Counted from the first letter of the stretch, positions 9,998 through 20,185 are shown. The stretch: DNA of 64,000 nt from a virus (IMGVR_UViG_3300036768_001501:1-64000), one strand, 5' to 3'. Notes: generated by a model not told the origin, from the sequence alone. A program made the numbers and translations.

Positions 9998-10103
9998 ATC
10001 GCCCGCATAGATACAACCAGACGCAACGAAAGGCAAGAATCTCCCGCTCTTAATTTTTAGAATGCTTGCAGATGCGGCAACTTTGGATAGAATAACAGGC
10101 GCC

Positions 10104-10766
10104 ATGAGTTCGCGTTTTATATTTGTTGCCAAGCTATCGCCATCCCGGCTCGCTCACTACCTAATTGAGAACCGCAAGGCATACGGCATCCTAACGCAGA
10201 TCAACTCCAACTATGAGCTGCCGGTCGTTACTGAGCTGCGCTACGAGCATGGCATCATCGTCAGCGTCAGCAACAGGCGCCGAGAATACTTGCACAAAAT
10301 TGTCGATCTGCCATGCGTACATATCGACATCAAAGCTGCCATGCTGCAGGCGCGTCTCATCTGGATTCCCAAAGAGATTGGCATAGAGAGCGAACGAGCA
10401 AAGCAATTGATGGCAACCGAGTCACCTCATGTGACATTTGCCAGCATAATGGAAATCGAGAAGAGCAAGTCGGCATCGATCCGGCTGCTTACGAACTACG
10501 ATTTGCAGCACAAGATTGACTACATTGACGACGGTTTAGGGCGCAAGACGCTTGAATGGCTTAAGCGCAAGTACGGAGTCCAGACATCCCACGACTTGGC
10601 TAGAGTCTTGAACCACTACGTTGCCGAAGCTACGCTCAAGATCGTGAGCGAAAACCTTGGCAACGTCGTTAGCTTTGCCCTAGACGACGTACTGGTAATG
10701 GGCAAGGAAAACGATATTTCCGTGCCGGAAAACATCTTTGTGCGACTGAAACCAGTTGACTCATAA
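10104..10766 (+). CDS. Small protein with weak family-A polymerase palm-like motifs
   Basis: CVHIDIKAA (motif A-like Asp) and SFALDDVLV (motif C-like). TAGAAT -10 at about 10087. Confidence 0.4.
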   Translation: MSSRFIFVAKLSPSRLAHYLIENRKAYGILTQINSNYELPVVTELRYEHGIIVSVSNRRREYLHKIVDLPCVHIDIKAAMLQARLIWIPKEIGIESERAKQLMATESPHVTFASIMEIEKSKSASIRLLTNYDLQHKIDYIDDGLGRKTLEWLKRKYGVQTSHDLARVLNHYVAEATLKIVSENLGNVVSFALDDVLVMGKENDISVPENIFVRLKPVDS

Positions 10767-10858
10767 CGCTTTTTGTGGTATGCTCATATGGTGTGCACGA
10801 AGACACACCACAGCTCGTATCGTGCGGGCTACCAGTTAGGAGGAACGAATACGCAGCC

Positions 10859-12949
10859 ATGAGAACACCTCCAATGACGTACGAAGTAGAGGACAAATCG
10901 CAAGCTGCATGGATTACCACTCGGTTCGTTATCCTAGCCGGCAACTCGAAAGTGCCGCTACCCAAAGATCAAGCGGCAGAGATTGCCAAAGAAGATTTCG
11001 GTGCCACGTTCGATTACGAACGCAATGATGCGGGAACTACCGACCTGCTTGTTGAAACGCTGATTCTCAAGAACGTCGCACCAAGACTAACGGAGTTCAC
11101 GTATCCGAACAGCAAGTTCCCTGTAGACAAGCTTGCGGCAGGCAAGTACGGCTTAGGCATCAAATGCGGCGAGCCGTCAACGCTTCTCGGACCGGACTAT
11201 CGTATCTATGTGTTCGATGCTGATTCAGAGGAATCAGCCAAGTTTCTCGAAGATAACCTGTTCAGTGGCGACAAGCATACCTTCATGGTCAAGACCGCCA
11301 GAGGCATGCACTTCTACGTCGCCTCCAAGCATAAGCTACCGACGCAGAAGATTTCCGAGATTGACGGCGTCAAGGTGCAGGTAGATTTCCGCGGCCGCGG
11401 CTCGTACGTGGTCGCGCCTGGCATGAATATCAACGGTCATGAATATATCTCATGTCATAGGCATAACTTGCATACCCTGTACGAGCTGACTGATGAAGAC
11501 ATCAAGCGGCTCAAGCTCAAGACGAATTCCGGACGTGCATATGACCACGATGATGATGACGATGATGATAAAAATACAGCCAGCAACACAGTTAAAATCG
11601 AGCCGACCATTGACCTTGGCTGGGTCACAATGTCCCAGTCGCATTTCGTCAACATGTACCTGGACCAATCGCTCCAATATATCGATCAGAAGCTAGATAC
11701 ACACGCGACAAGCATTGGCGACAAAGATGGCATCATGCTTTCGACGGCAGCACGGCTGCCCAAGAAAATCATTGCGCTGATCAACCCAGACTATGACTTC
11801 AGGAAGCAATACCCGTCCAGAAGCGAGGCAGCGCATGCAATCATCAACACTGCGCTGCTGAACGGTGGCATACCAATAGAAGAGATCGTTTATCTCGTTA
11901 CCGCCAACCCAAGAATCGCCTCGCACTACCTTGACGGCAAGATCAAGGAAAAGCTGAAGAGCAAGAAGGCAGAAATGCCTAAGCTCAACCATCGCCAAAC
12001 GAAAAAGCTGGTCCAGAATATTTTAGCAGACATCTACCGCTGCATTGTCAAACAATCAGATTATATTTGCGAACGGGCAAAAAACCGTGAATGGCAGTAC
12101 ATGCTACACGTCATGAAGCCTTTCATTGTCATGAACATTCAGAGGATTCTCAGAGATAGGAAAGGAGACCGATATGCCAACCAACGCACTGGTCTCCCAA
12201 TCGTATTCGACACCTTGGCGAACATTTATTGCGGCGCGAAAACTCCAGACCCGTACCCTATCAATATCAGCCGCATCCAGCGTATGGCTGGCGTACACCG
12301 CACTACGGTCCGCAAGGCTCTCGACACACTCAAGGAGCTGGGGCTTATTACCATCTTCCATGAGGAGAAGGTAAACAAGCACGGTGAGGTTGCTGAATAT
12401 AAGTCCTTCAAGTTCAACATGACCGAACTCTGCAAGCTACTACCTGAATGCGGTGTGAACGGCTTGTCGGAAGCAATCAAGGGCTATCGGGCGGAGCGGT
12501 TCAAGTACCTGCGCCTGTTCCAGACGAACACAGCGATCCGAACCTCGTGCATCAACCCGAGCGCACTGCACCATAACCGTGTCCTCACCAACGACACGCT
12601 CCGTGGAATCGACTCGTTCATGCAGCCCAAGGAGTACGCCCTTACCGCCGGTGTCACCCTCAAGACAGCACGGCGGCGCAGAAAGAAGCTGACCGCACTG
12701 GTGTCCAGTGTGCTGCCCAAGAAGGAGCAGTACGGCTTGAACGATGCTGTAGCGTACCTGACGAGGCAGCACTTCGATCTGTGCATCGAAGCATCGAAAC
12801 GCTGCTTCGAGTCCCTGACCAAGTCGATCCTCTACTATGAGGGACTCAGGTACCACGGTCAGATCACCGAAGAGGAATACGAGCAGAAGCTGAAAGCGTA
12901 TCAGAGACAACTGGTACCGAAAGAGCGGTTCGCTTACCTGAGCGCCTAG
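10859..12949 (+). CDS. Prim-Pol (bifunctional primase-polymerase) domain protein with C-terminal HTH motifs; candidate replication initiator
   Basis: GLGIKCG, YVFDAD, VKTARGMHFY and DFRGRGSYVVAPG are Prim-Pol motifs. Poly-Asp linker, then winged HTH-like ISRIQRMAGVHRTTVRKALDTLKELGLI. Start uncertain (10775, 10859 or 10874). Confidence 0.85.
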   Translation: MRTPPMTYEVEDKSQAAWITTRFVILAGNSKVPLPKDQAAEIAKEDFGATFDYERNDAGTTDLLVETLILKNVAPRLTEFTYPNSKFPVDKLAAGKYGLGIKCGEPSTLLGPDYRIYVFDADSEESAKFLEDNLFSGDKHTFMVKTARGMHFYVASKHKLPTQKISEIDGVKVQVDFRGRGSYVVAPGMNINGHEYISCHRHNLHTLYELTDEDIKRLKLKTNSGRAYDHDDDDDDDKNTASNTVKIEPTIDLGWVTMSQSHFVNMYLDQSLQYIDQKLDTHATSIGDKDGIMLSTAARLPKKIIALINPDYDFRKQYPSRSEAAHAIINTALLNGGIPIEEIVYLVTANPRIASHYLDGKIKEKLKSKKAEMPKLNHRQTKKLVQNILADIYRCIVKQSDYICERAKNREWQYMLHVMKPFIVMNIQRILRDRKGDRYANQRTGLPIVFDTLANIYCGAKTPDPYPINISRIQRMAGVHRTTVRKALDTLKELGLITIFHEEKVNKHGEVAEYKSFKFNMTELCKLLPECGVNGLSEAIKGYRAERFKYLRLFQTNTAIRTSCINPSALHHNRVLTNDTLRGIDSFMQPKEYALTAGVTLKTARRRRKKLTALVSSVLPKKEQYGLNDAVAYLTRQHFDLCIEASKRCFESLTKSILYYEGLRYHGQITEEEYEQKLKAYQRQLVPKERFAYLSA

Positions 12950-13420
12950 CAGCAAGCTGGACACTCAGAAAACCCTGCAGCAGAAGAAAGCAGTACGGTG
13001 GAGGTGTGTACCCGTACTGCTGCTCTGCGTCCTGGAAGCAGGTCTGGTGGCTAGAAGAAGGCTTGCTCCGGTCTGTGGAAGCACCTGTACGGCTATGGTT
13101 GGCACAAGGCGGGGCTGCCCGGAGGGTGTTGCAGAGCTGGTTGGATGGGGTACGGAGGTCACCTATAGCCCTATTATGCACACTCTAATGGCTGGTAGGC
13201 TGGACACAGGTGGGCTCTCCGGCTTACGTCCCCTGCCTGGCACGCCCAGGCTGCTGTGACTAAGGGGCTGGGAGCTAACTAACCCTAACCTCCCACCTCC
13301 ACCTCCACCTCCAGCTCCAGCTCCAGCTCCCACCTCCAGCTCCCAGCCACCGTACTGCAGCAGACCGTACCTTGGGTTCCCCTGTTGCATTCTGGGTTCG
13401 GTTCTGGTAAGAAGTTCAGC
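12950..13420. other. Candidate replication origin or structured non-coding region
   Basis: Hairpin GCAGTACGG/CCGTACTGC (12990-13020), repeated CCGTAC/GTACGG hexamers, a C-rich tandem tract and an apparent strand-composition switch. Confidence 0.6.
13276..13350 (+). repeat. C-rich tandem hexamer tract (CTCCAC/CTCCAG)n
   Basis: ctcccac-ctccac-ctccac-ctccag-ctccag-ctccag-ctcccac-ctccag-ctcccag. An 11-bp inverted repeat (GGCTGGGAGCT/AGCTCCCAGCC) brackets it. Confidence 0.9.
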
Positions 13421-14551
13421 ATGGAGACGTTCAGGTTTCTGCATGTTGGAGACGTTCATTTGTCTGACAGGTATCAGGCTGAGTTGGGTCCGATTCTGGA
13501 TGCAGTTCGTGATGCAGCGTACAAGCTCCGGAACGACCTGGACCTGATTGTGTTCACCGGGGACTTGTTCCACAAGCCGGTCATGACTGGGTCGTATGCT
13601 GCCAGGCGGCTGTGCGAGTTCTTCTTCGAGCTGAACGGTTTCGGTGTTCCGATTGTTGTTGTTCGTGGCACGCCGTCTCATGACGGTATCGGTGGTTTGG
13701 AGTTCCTGAAACCGTTCGCCATTGTGGTGGATGCCGAGCCGGAGAAGCAGATGTACTGGGACATGCTACCTGCATCCGGCAATGCGAAGGACTTCGTTCC
13801 GCACTATCATCGTGAGAGTGGGGTGTTTTTCCTGGAGCGGGGCAATGTTCGTGCTGCGTTCTTGGCTTCTATGCCTCGGCACAGGCAGGAAGATGTGAAG
13901 GCTCGTGTCAGGGATTGCTTCCGTCATGTTGCTACGCCGGACTTGTTCTTCACCCATGCGATGGTTTCGAGTGCCAAGACGGAGCACGGTGTGCCTACGG
14001 ACCTGTTCGATGTGGAATGGACCCTAGAGGAGCTGAAAGACCTGGGCGTGCCATTGATCGGGCTCGGTCATGTGCATAAGCCGCAAGTGCTCAGCACGGA
14101 GCCGTTGATTTACTATGCTGGGAGCGTGGGGCGGCTGCATATAGGCGAGGCTGGTGACAAGTCCATTGTGCACGGCTTCAGCGACGGCAAGTCGATTGTG
14201 CTTGAGCAAATTCCCATGCCGGCATCGAAGACGCACTACGTAAAGCCGGACAGGTATGAGGACATCTTGTCTGTGTTCGAGCATATGACAGCACGGGACG
14301 CTCTTCTGATCAACAACTACCGCAATCTGGATTTGGCGCCGGTATACGGCGAGCTGGAGCGGCGGTTCGGGTATCAGTTCTTGCGGAACGTGCGGGTGGA
14401 GTACCCGGAGGAAAAGAGGCAGACGCATGTCGTGGAGCGGTGGCGTCGTGCCAGTGTAGAGGACTTGGTTGTCGAACATGTTGTGAATGAAAACAAGGAT
14501 GCCGATGTCCAATATGTCAGGAGTCGCTTTAGGGAAATAGCGAGTGCTTAG
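13421..14551 (+). CDS. sbcD: SbcD/Mre11-like metallophosphoesterase nuclease
   Basis: FLHVGDVHL, TGDLFH, RGTPSHD, FTHAMV, LGHVHK, YAGS. Confidence 0.9.
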   Translation: METFRFLHVGDVHLSDRYQAELGPILDAVRDAAYKLRNDLDLIVFTGDLFHKPVMTGSYAARRLCEFFFELNGFGVPIVVVRGTPSHDGIGGLEFLKPFAIVVDAEPEKQMYWDMLPASGNAKDFVPHYHRESGVFFLERGNVRAAFLASMPRHRQEDVKARVRDCFRHVATPDLFFTHAMVSSAKTEHGVPTDLFDVEWTLEELKDLGVPLIGLGHVHKPQVLSTEPLIYYAGSVGRLHIGEAGDKSIVHGFSDGKSIVLEQIPMPASKTHYVKPDRYEDILSVFEHMTARDALLINNYRNLDLAPVYGELERRFGYQFLRNVRVEYPEEKRQTHVVERWRRASVEDLVVEHVVNENKDADVQYVRSRFREIASA

Positions 14552-15086
14552 CACGTACCAGGTAGATGTTCTCAAGAAGGCATCGACAAGCCCGGAGATT
14601 CGTCTCTGGTACGCAGTCCTTTTCTTGGCTTTGCACGACTGCAAAGCGCGTGTCACTTCCCGCAAGGCACAGACGGCAATCTACTTCATCTGGACGTTGA
14701 TTACTGCTGAGGACCATCTTCTGAAAGTCATCTTGCCGCAAACGCCAGAGCGCAAGCTGTTCATGATGCGCCAGATCATGTCCTGCTATATGGGCGTCGG
14801 CAAGATACGCATGAAATATCTTGTTCTTAAGTTCTCTTTGCATTTGTACCAGAATTATGGTAATGTTGTTCACAACGTGCTTGGTGTTCTTGCCGACATT
14901 GGGATCGTGCCTACGATGGAGCCGGACCTGCGCTTGTCTTTCGTGCATGCGAGGGCAATCAAGCACGCGCATAAGTTCAAGTACGACGAACAGATGCGCA
15001 TTTACTACATAGACCGTACAAAGCTCTGGAAGATGATTTCCAGGCATTTGAGTTTGCTAGATCAAGTCAAGGAGGAGGAAACATGA
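14544..15086 (+). CDS. Hypothetical protein with LWxAVxxxAxxD motif
   Basis: SPEIRLWYAVLFLALHDC. Overlaps the sbcD stop. Confidence 0.7.
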   Translation: MLSTYQVDVLKKASTSPEIRLWYAVLFLALHDCKARVTSRKAQTAIYFIWTLITAEDHLLKVILPQTPERKLFMMRQIMSCYMGVGKIRMKYLVLKFSLHLYQNYGNVVHNVLGVLADIGIVPTMEPDLRLSFVHARAIKHAHKFKYDEQMRIYYIDRTKLWKMISRHLSLLDQVKEEET

Positions 15087-15313
15087 CAAACGGAGTTCGT
15101 AGGACCGCATTGTTGTACGAGGACGTGGACAATTACGTTCACGAGCTGCTGCAAAAGGCACGCAACAATCAGGCGCCAGCCTGGCTGGACACCTGCCTCG
15201 ATGTAGATGCGCACAATTACTCGAATCTGTATACGTATTCGACCGTCTTGCGTGCGATTATCCGCAGGAGCATGAAGCTAGATGCCCAGGAAGCGCGCTA
15301 TAACAGCAAGTGA
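15083..15313 (+). CDS. Small hypothetical protein, possibly ribbon-helix-helix DNA-binding
   Basis: Strong AGGAGG RBS. Short beta-like RRTALL, then helices ending YSTVLRAII. Confidence 0.6.
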   Translation: MTNGVRRTALLYEDVDNYVHELLQKARNNQAPAWLDTCLDVDAHNYSNLYTYSTVLRAIIRRSMKLDAQEARYNSK

Positions 15314-15773
15314 CGTGATCGCCATCGCCGACAAGGCGCTGGCAAAGCCAAGCACGGTCGATGAGCTTGTCGATAATCTCGATAAGCACGAATCTTCAAA
15401 AATCGACCGGAAGATTGCCTTGCGGGCGATCTCGTCATACATCTTGCGGAAAATCCTGCACCGTGTCGAATTGGACGGCGATACGGGCGGCTTGCTCCCG
15501 ATGGATATGGCGCTCCGGTACATGCGCTTCATTATGGAGCTGGATTCGCAAGATACGACAAATTACAACGATGTTGATCCTGTAGAATTGCTGTCCAAGC
15601 TCACAGGCTTGCCGCGCGATGTGATCGTGTCCATGTACTACTCCAGCAGCCAGGACAAGTTCAAAGAAGTGACATTGAGGAAGCGTACGGTGGATGCGGA
15701 AATCAAGATTTCTAATAATTCTGAACAGGAAGATGAAGATAATATTGAAGATTTCGATATTGAAGTTGAATGA
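15282..15773 (+). CDS. Putative terminase small subunit
   Basis: Directly upstream of and overlapping terL. Helical, with basic N-terminus and acidic C-terminus. Positional call. Confidence 0.5.
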   Translation: MPRKRAITASDVIAIADKALAKPSTVDELVDNLDKHESSKIDRKIALRAISSYILRKILHRVELDGDTGGLLPMDMALRYMRFIMELDSQDTTNYNDVDPVELLSKLTGLPRDVIVSMYYSSSQDKFKEVTLRKRTVDAEIKISNNSEQEDEDNIEDFDIEVE

Positions 15774-17344
15774 GAAGGAAGAAGCCGAGCAAGCTCACGG
15801 ACGATGTTCGCCTCAAAATTGCCGAGGCGATTCTTCGCCTGCCTGGAGATTTGCGCCATGCGGTCGCTTCCGTTGCAATGGAAGCGTTCGGCTCGGCTGC
15901 GTTCGATGACTATGAGAACATTTTAACGTTCAAGGAGTTCGTCAAGCAGGCTTGGCACTTAGTCGAGCCGGAAACGCCGTTCCTTGAGTCGTACGCTATC
16001 GATGCCATTATCGAGCACCTGGAAGCCGTAGCGCGCGGGGACATTCGCCGTCTCGTTATCTGCATTCCGCGCCGGATGGGTAAGAGCCTAATTTGCAGCG
16101 TGCTCTACCCAGCCTGGCTCTTCTCTGTCGATCCGGCAATTCGGCTCATTTGCTGCTCGTACTCCTTGGCGTTCGTGCGCCGTGACGCCGTCAAGACGCG
16201 CGATTTGATGCGCTCGAATTGGTACAAGTCGCGCTACGGCAAGCGGGTGCAAATCCGTATGGACCAGGAGCAGGCGCACTGGTTCTATACAACGAAGGGT
16301 GGATTTCGCCTGGCAACATCGCCTGGCGGTATCGGCGTCGGTGAAGGTGCCGACATTCAGATTGTAGACGACCCGCACAAGCCGCAAGATGTCGGCTCGA
16401 TGGCAAAGCGGCAGGCGGTGATCGACTGGTGGGAAGGCACCATGTCCGGATCGGCAAGGGACCCGAACACGCTTCGCCGAATTGTTGTGCAGCAAAGGCT
16501 GCATCCGGCAGATTTGGCTGGCGTGTGCATTGCCAAGGGGTACGATGCTCTCATTTTGCCAATGGAGTACGATGGCGTGCGCCGGTCTACGTCTCTTGGT
16601 AATTATGACTGGCGCAAAGAGCCAGGCGAGCTTCTCTGGCCGGAACGGTTCAGCCAGGAAGATGTCGAGATGCTCAAACTTGAGCTTGGTCCGCGTGGCT
16701 ATGCAGCACAATGCCAGCAGCAGCCGCGTGGTGACGAACTTAAGCTGTTCATGGAAGAGGATTGGATGTTCTGGCAGTCGGTTGACTCGCTACCCATGAT
16801 TGCCGACGTGCCACTGATCGGACAGGTGACTGCAGTGCCGCTACCAAGCACTTTTGATAGGATGGTGATTAGCTGGGACGTCGGTCTGACTGAATCAGAA
16901 GGCAGCAACTGGACCGTTGGTCAGGTTTGGGGCGAAGCGAACGGGATGTATTACCTGATTGACGAGTTCAGGTTCCGTGGCGGGTACATTACGTTCTCTG
17001 AGCAATTCCGCATGGCGTACACGCAGTACAGCTACATCTTGACGCATCTCATTGAAGAGACATCCGTAACAAAAACTCTGCTAGACATTTTGGCTTCTTC
17101 TTATGACGGCATTGTGCGCGTGCCTCCGGTCGGCGACAAGGAATTACGCGCCCAAGTAGCCTCACAGCTACAGAAAGAGCATCGGCTGGTGATACCGCTC
17201 CCGTCCGAGAAATCTTGGGTGAACTCGTTCATACAGGAGTTTGCTGCTTTCGGGGGTAGTCAGAAGCGTGACGACGACCGCGTGGACGCCTGCTCGCAGG
17301 CCATTATTTACATGCGCAAAAATGCACCTTTAGCGTACGTATAA
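15770..17344 (+). CDS. terL: Terminase large subunit
   Basis: IPRRMGKS (Walker A), IVDDPHK (Walker B), QQRLH..DL, SWDVG, DDRVDACSQA nuclease motifs. Confidence 0.96.
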   Translation: MRRKKPSKLTDDVRLKIAEAILRLPGDLRHAVASVAMEAFGSAAFDDYENILTFKEFVKQAWHLVEPETPFLESYAIDAIIEHLEAVARGDIRRLVICIPRRMGKSLICSVLYPAWLFSVDPAIRLICCSYSLAFVRRDAVKTRDLMRSNWYKSRYGKRVQIRMDQEQAHWFYTTKGGFRLATSPGGIGVGEGADIQIVDDPHKPQDVGSMAKRQAVIDWWEGTMSGSARDPNTLRRIVVQQRLHPADLAGVCIAKGYDALILPMEYDGVRRSTSLGNYDWRKEPGELLWPERFSQEDVEMLKLELGPRGYAAQCQQQPRGDELKLFMEEDWMFWQSVDSLPMIADVPLIGQVTAVPLPSTFDRMVISWDVGLTESEGSNWTVGQVWGEANGMYYLIDEFRFRGGYITFSEQFRMAYTQYSYILTHLIEETSVTKTLLDILASSYDGIVRVPPVGDKELRAQVASQLQKEHRLVIPLPSEKSWVNSFIQEFAAFGGSQKRDDDRVDACSQAIIYMRKNAPLAYV

Positions 17345-17353
17345 TATGTTATA

Positions 17354-18760
17354 ATGCTTGGTATGCAGAAACCTGGGTTTTTCTCTAGATTAAGACGTGC
17401 CTTGAGGCTGGCCCCAAGGGAAGAGAGGCCGCCGTTTGGTGTGCCGTTCGTCTCTCCAATGAATGCCGTAGACTGGCCAGAGATTCTTAGCGCATACAGG
17501 AACGATTCGCCGTGGCTTCGGTCGATTGTCAGTACTATTGCCATGTCCGTTGCTATGGCGGAAATGCGCGTGTACAGGCCGAGAAGGCAAGATGACGACA
17601 GCCTAATGGAGGTTGCACGTCGTGGGCTGTCAGCAAGGCAACCTGTTCTTAAAACAGCGTTTGTAAACAACGAGCTCGAAGAGGTGTCTAGCCTGCATCC
17701 GGTGGTTCAGCTTCTGAACGGCGTTAATACGACCATGTCCGGGTTCATGTTGATGTATATTACGCAGGTGTACCAGGAGCTTGTCGGTGAAGCATTTTGG
17801 TACTTGGAACGGAACCGTGTCGGGTCGCCTGTTTCTGCCATTCCTGTCCCGCCATCGACGGTGATCCAGGTGCCAGTTCAGAAGGGCGACAAATATGTTA
17901 TGAACGTTCGTGGCAAGCTGTACGAAGCAAACTATGAAGACATGTTGTACTTCAAATGGCCAGACCCGCTTGCCCCACTAGGTCGCGGCTCTGGAATTGG
18001 CGATGCGCTGCGCATGGAGGTGTCTTCTGATCGTAGTGCCGGCAAGATGATTGCTCGCCGGTTTGCCTCACAAGCAGTGCCGCCGGTGATCATGTCCATC
18101 AGTGGCACGTCCGATTCGGAGCTTAGGAACCTAAAGCGCTACTGGCTTGAAGAGGCGCATTCGCTCTGGGTGGCTGGCGTGCCGTTCCTGATCAATAAGG
18201 ACTTCAATGCAGTCGAAGTTGGTGGGAATTTCCAAAGCCTGCAATTTGCCGAATTGCGGCAAATTCAGCGCGACGTGTTCATTAATGCATTTGGAATTCC
18301 GCCAGAAATTATTGGTCACCAGAAGAACGCGAACCGCTCGACGATTTCGGCGGCTGAGTACCTGTACAATAAGCTCAGAATTCTCCCTCGCCTGGAAGCT
18401 AACCGCCAGGTGCTTCAGAACCAGCTTGCTACCCAATATGGTAGGGCGAAGTTGATTATCGATTATGAGAATCCAGTAGATGAAGATAAGGAGTTCCAAT
18501 TGCGCGCACTGGCTCAGAACCCAGATAGCGTAACGATTGACGAGTGGCGCACGCGCGTTCAGGGCTTGCCGCCTCTTGGCGGTCGGCTCGGGGCCTCGCT
18601 GCTTCTGCGCAACAATCGTGCAGTTATGAATATTGATGATCTGGAATCAGGGCAGGCTCAGCAGGCAAATGGCTCTGGCAAGATCAATGGCAACAGCGTT
18701 GATGATGAATGGGTTATTGGCGATGAAGAAGGCGATACGCCTTCTGTACGCATAAATTAA
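17354..18760 (+). CDS. Portal protein (HK97-like)
   Basis: Follows terL. LVGEAFWY, FAELR..INAFGIPPEIIG, TIDEWR..GLPPL. Confidence 0.92.
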   Translation: MLGMQKPGFFSRLRRALRLAPREERPPFGVPFVSPMNAVDWPEILSAYRNDSPWLRSIVSTIAMSVAMAEMRVYRPRRQDDDSLMEVARRGLSARQPVLKTAFVNNELEEVSSLHPVVQLLNGVNTTMSGFMLMYITQVYQELVGEAFWYLERNRVGSPVSAIPVPPSTVIQVPVQKGDKYVMNVRGKLYEANYEDMLYFKWPDPLAPLGRGSGIGDALRMEVSSDRSAGKMIARRFASQAVPPVIMSISGTSDSELRNLKRYWLEEAHSLWVAGVPFLINKDFNAVEVGGNFQSLQFAELRQIQRDVFINAFGIPPEIIGHQKNANRSTISAAEYLYNKLRILPRLEANRQVLQNQLATQYGRAKLIIDYENPVDEDKEFQLRALAQNPDSVTIDEWRTRVQGLPPLGGRLGASLLLRNNRAVMNIDDLESGQAQQANGSGKINGNSVDDEWVIGDEEGDTPSVRIN

Positions 18761-18817
18761 GTGCTGCTAGATTGTTGATTTTAGAACATGATTTGTGTAC
18801 TTTGTTAGAAAGAGAGA

Positions 18818-20182
18818 GTGGCCATGTTGGAAGTTGAGATGGAAACTGGTGGGCTAACTGCTCTGCAATCTGCTTTTACGTCCATGCGCGTAGATCGAGA
18901 AAACCGCGTGATCTACGACGTTTCTATCATTACTGCCGGTGAGGCGCTCGGGCACGGCTTGTGGATCGATGAAGTGATGTTGCATCAGGTCATTCGGGCT
19001 GCTTCCGGCAGGCGGAACGGCATTCCGATGCGGTGGACGCATCCTTCCCTGTGCAACGATACAATGGGGAAGCAGATTGCCCGTGCGACTAACTTCCGGT
19101 ACGACCCGGAGTCGCGGTCAGTCCGAGCTGATGTGCATTTCTATAAGAAAACCAGCGGGCAGCGTGCCGAAATGGTCGATACGATTCTCGATTTGGCAGA
19201 AGAAGACCCGGAAGTACTCGGCTTGAGCATTGTGTTCGAGCGTGACCTTGAGGCTGAAGATGCGTTTGTAGAATCGCATCGGAACGAAAATGGCGAGTTC
19301 GTAAGTCCAGACCCAGCCAATAAGGAGAATTATCCTCACACGAGGCTGGCAAAGCTAGACTGGGTCGATTTCGTCAATGAGCCGGCAGCGAATCCACGCG
19401 GCCTGTTCCAGGCGGCGAGCACAAACGATGTTCTATTCGAGCTGTTCGATGCTTTCGTAAGCGGCAAGCCGAACGCTTTCTTGGCAAGCCGGTTCTATGA
19501 CGTGTTTGGCATTTCGTTCGAGACGGCGCTTCGTATTTTCCTTGAGTACGTCCGCGACCGCGATTTGGTCATTGCGAAGCGCGACCAGATTTTTAAGAAA
19601 GAAGTATTGCGGGCTATTTCGTACGATGCCGCTCACCCGAACGGCACGCCAAAGGCTCCAGAAGACGAGCCGTGGGACGGTCCAGGCGAAGTTGCCAAGG
19701 CCGATGTTTCCGATCTCAAGATTATGTGCGCCTGGGTCGAGGATGGTAAGGAAGATTTGAAGACTGCGTACAAATTCCCGCACCATAAGGCCGAAGGACG
19801 CCATCCTGTGGTTTGGCGAGCTGTGGCGAATGCCGCCGCACGCTTGCCGCAGGCGAATATCCCTGAAGATGACGTTCCTGGGGTGAAGCGTCATCTTGCG
19901 CGACATTATCGTGAATTTGACAAAGAGCCGCCGTTCGAGCGCGAAGGAGCTGATTGGCTTGGGTATGAGAAGGAGCTGAAACTGTACAGTTATCCGCTTT
20001 CCGATCAGGAGCTTTGCTCGCTGCTAGACAAATATGGTCTTCATGAGGAGAGCGAAGCTCTTCGCGGTAAGGTAAATGAAAAGAAAGAAGATAAAGTCGA
20101 GTCCGCACAATCTATTGAAGAGTTAAAGAAAATTTTAGAAGATAGTATCAAGAGGTTTAAAACACTGATTGGCAAGGAGTAA
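18818..20182 (+). CDS. Capsid maturation protease with C-terminal extension
   Basis: Between portal and capsid genes. GEALGHG, WTHP, GLSIV, VDFVNEPAANP; extra domain YKFPHH..VVWRAV..RHLARHY. Confidence 0.8.
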   Translation: MAMLEVEMETGGLTALQSAFTSMRVDRENRVIYDVSIITAGEALGHGLWIDEVMLHQVIRAASGRRNGIPMRWTHPSLCNDTMGKQIARATNFRYDPESRSVRADVHFYKKTSGQRAEMVDTILDLAEEDPEVLGLSIVFERDLEAEDAFVESHRNENGEFVSPDPANKENYPHTRLAKLDWVDFVNEPAANPRGLFQAASTNDVLFELFDAFVSGKPNAFLASRFYDVFGISFETALRIFLEYVRDRDLVIAKRDQIFKKEVLRAISYDAAHPNGTPKAPEDEPWDGPGEVAKADVSDLKIMCAWVEDGKEDLKTAYKFPHHKAEGRHPVVWRAVANAAARLPQANIPEDDVPGVKRHLARHYREFDKEPPFEREGADWLGYEKELKLYSYPLSDQELCSLLDKYGLHEESEALRGKVNEKKEDKVESAQSIEELKKILEDSIKRFKTLIGKE

Positions 20183-20185
20183 CCG

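Noticed and set aside
13276-13290. Telomere-like CCCTAA/CTAA units
   Set aside because: Only one full CCCTAA is present. This is insufficient for a telomeric array and is treated as part of the candidate origin.
13163-13681. Minus-strand ORF with poly-Gly/Ala (and other short ORFs in 12950-13420)
   Set aside because: It is the translation of the C-rich repeat tract and the antisense of sbcD, with no RBS or protein-like composition.
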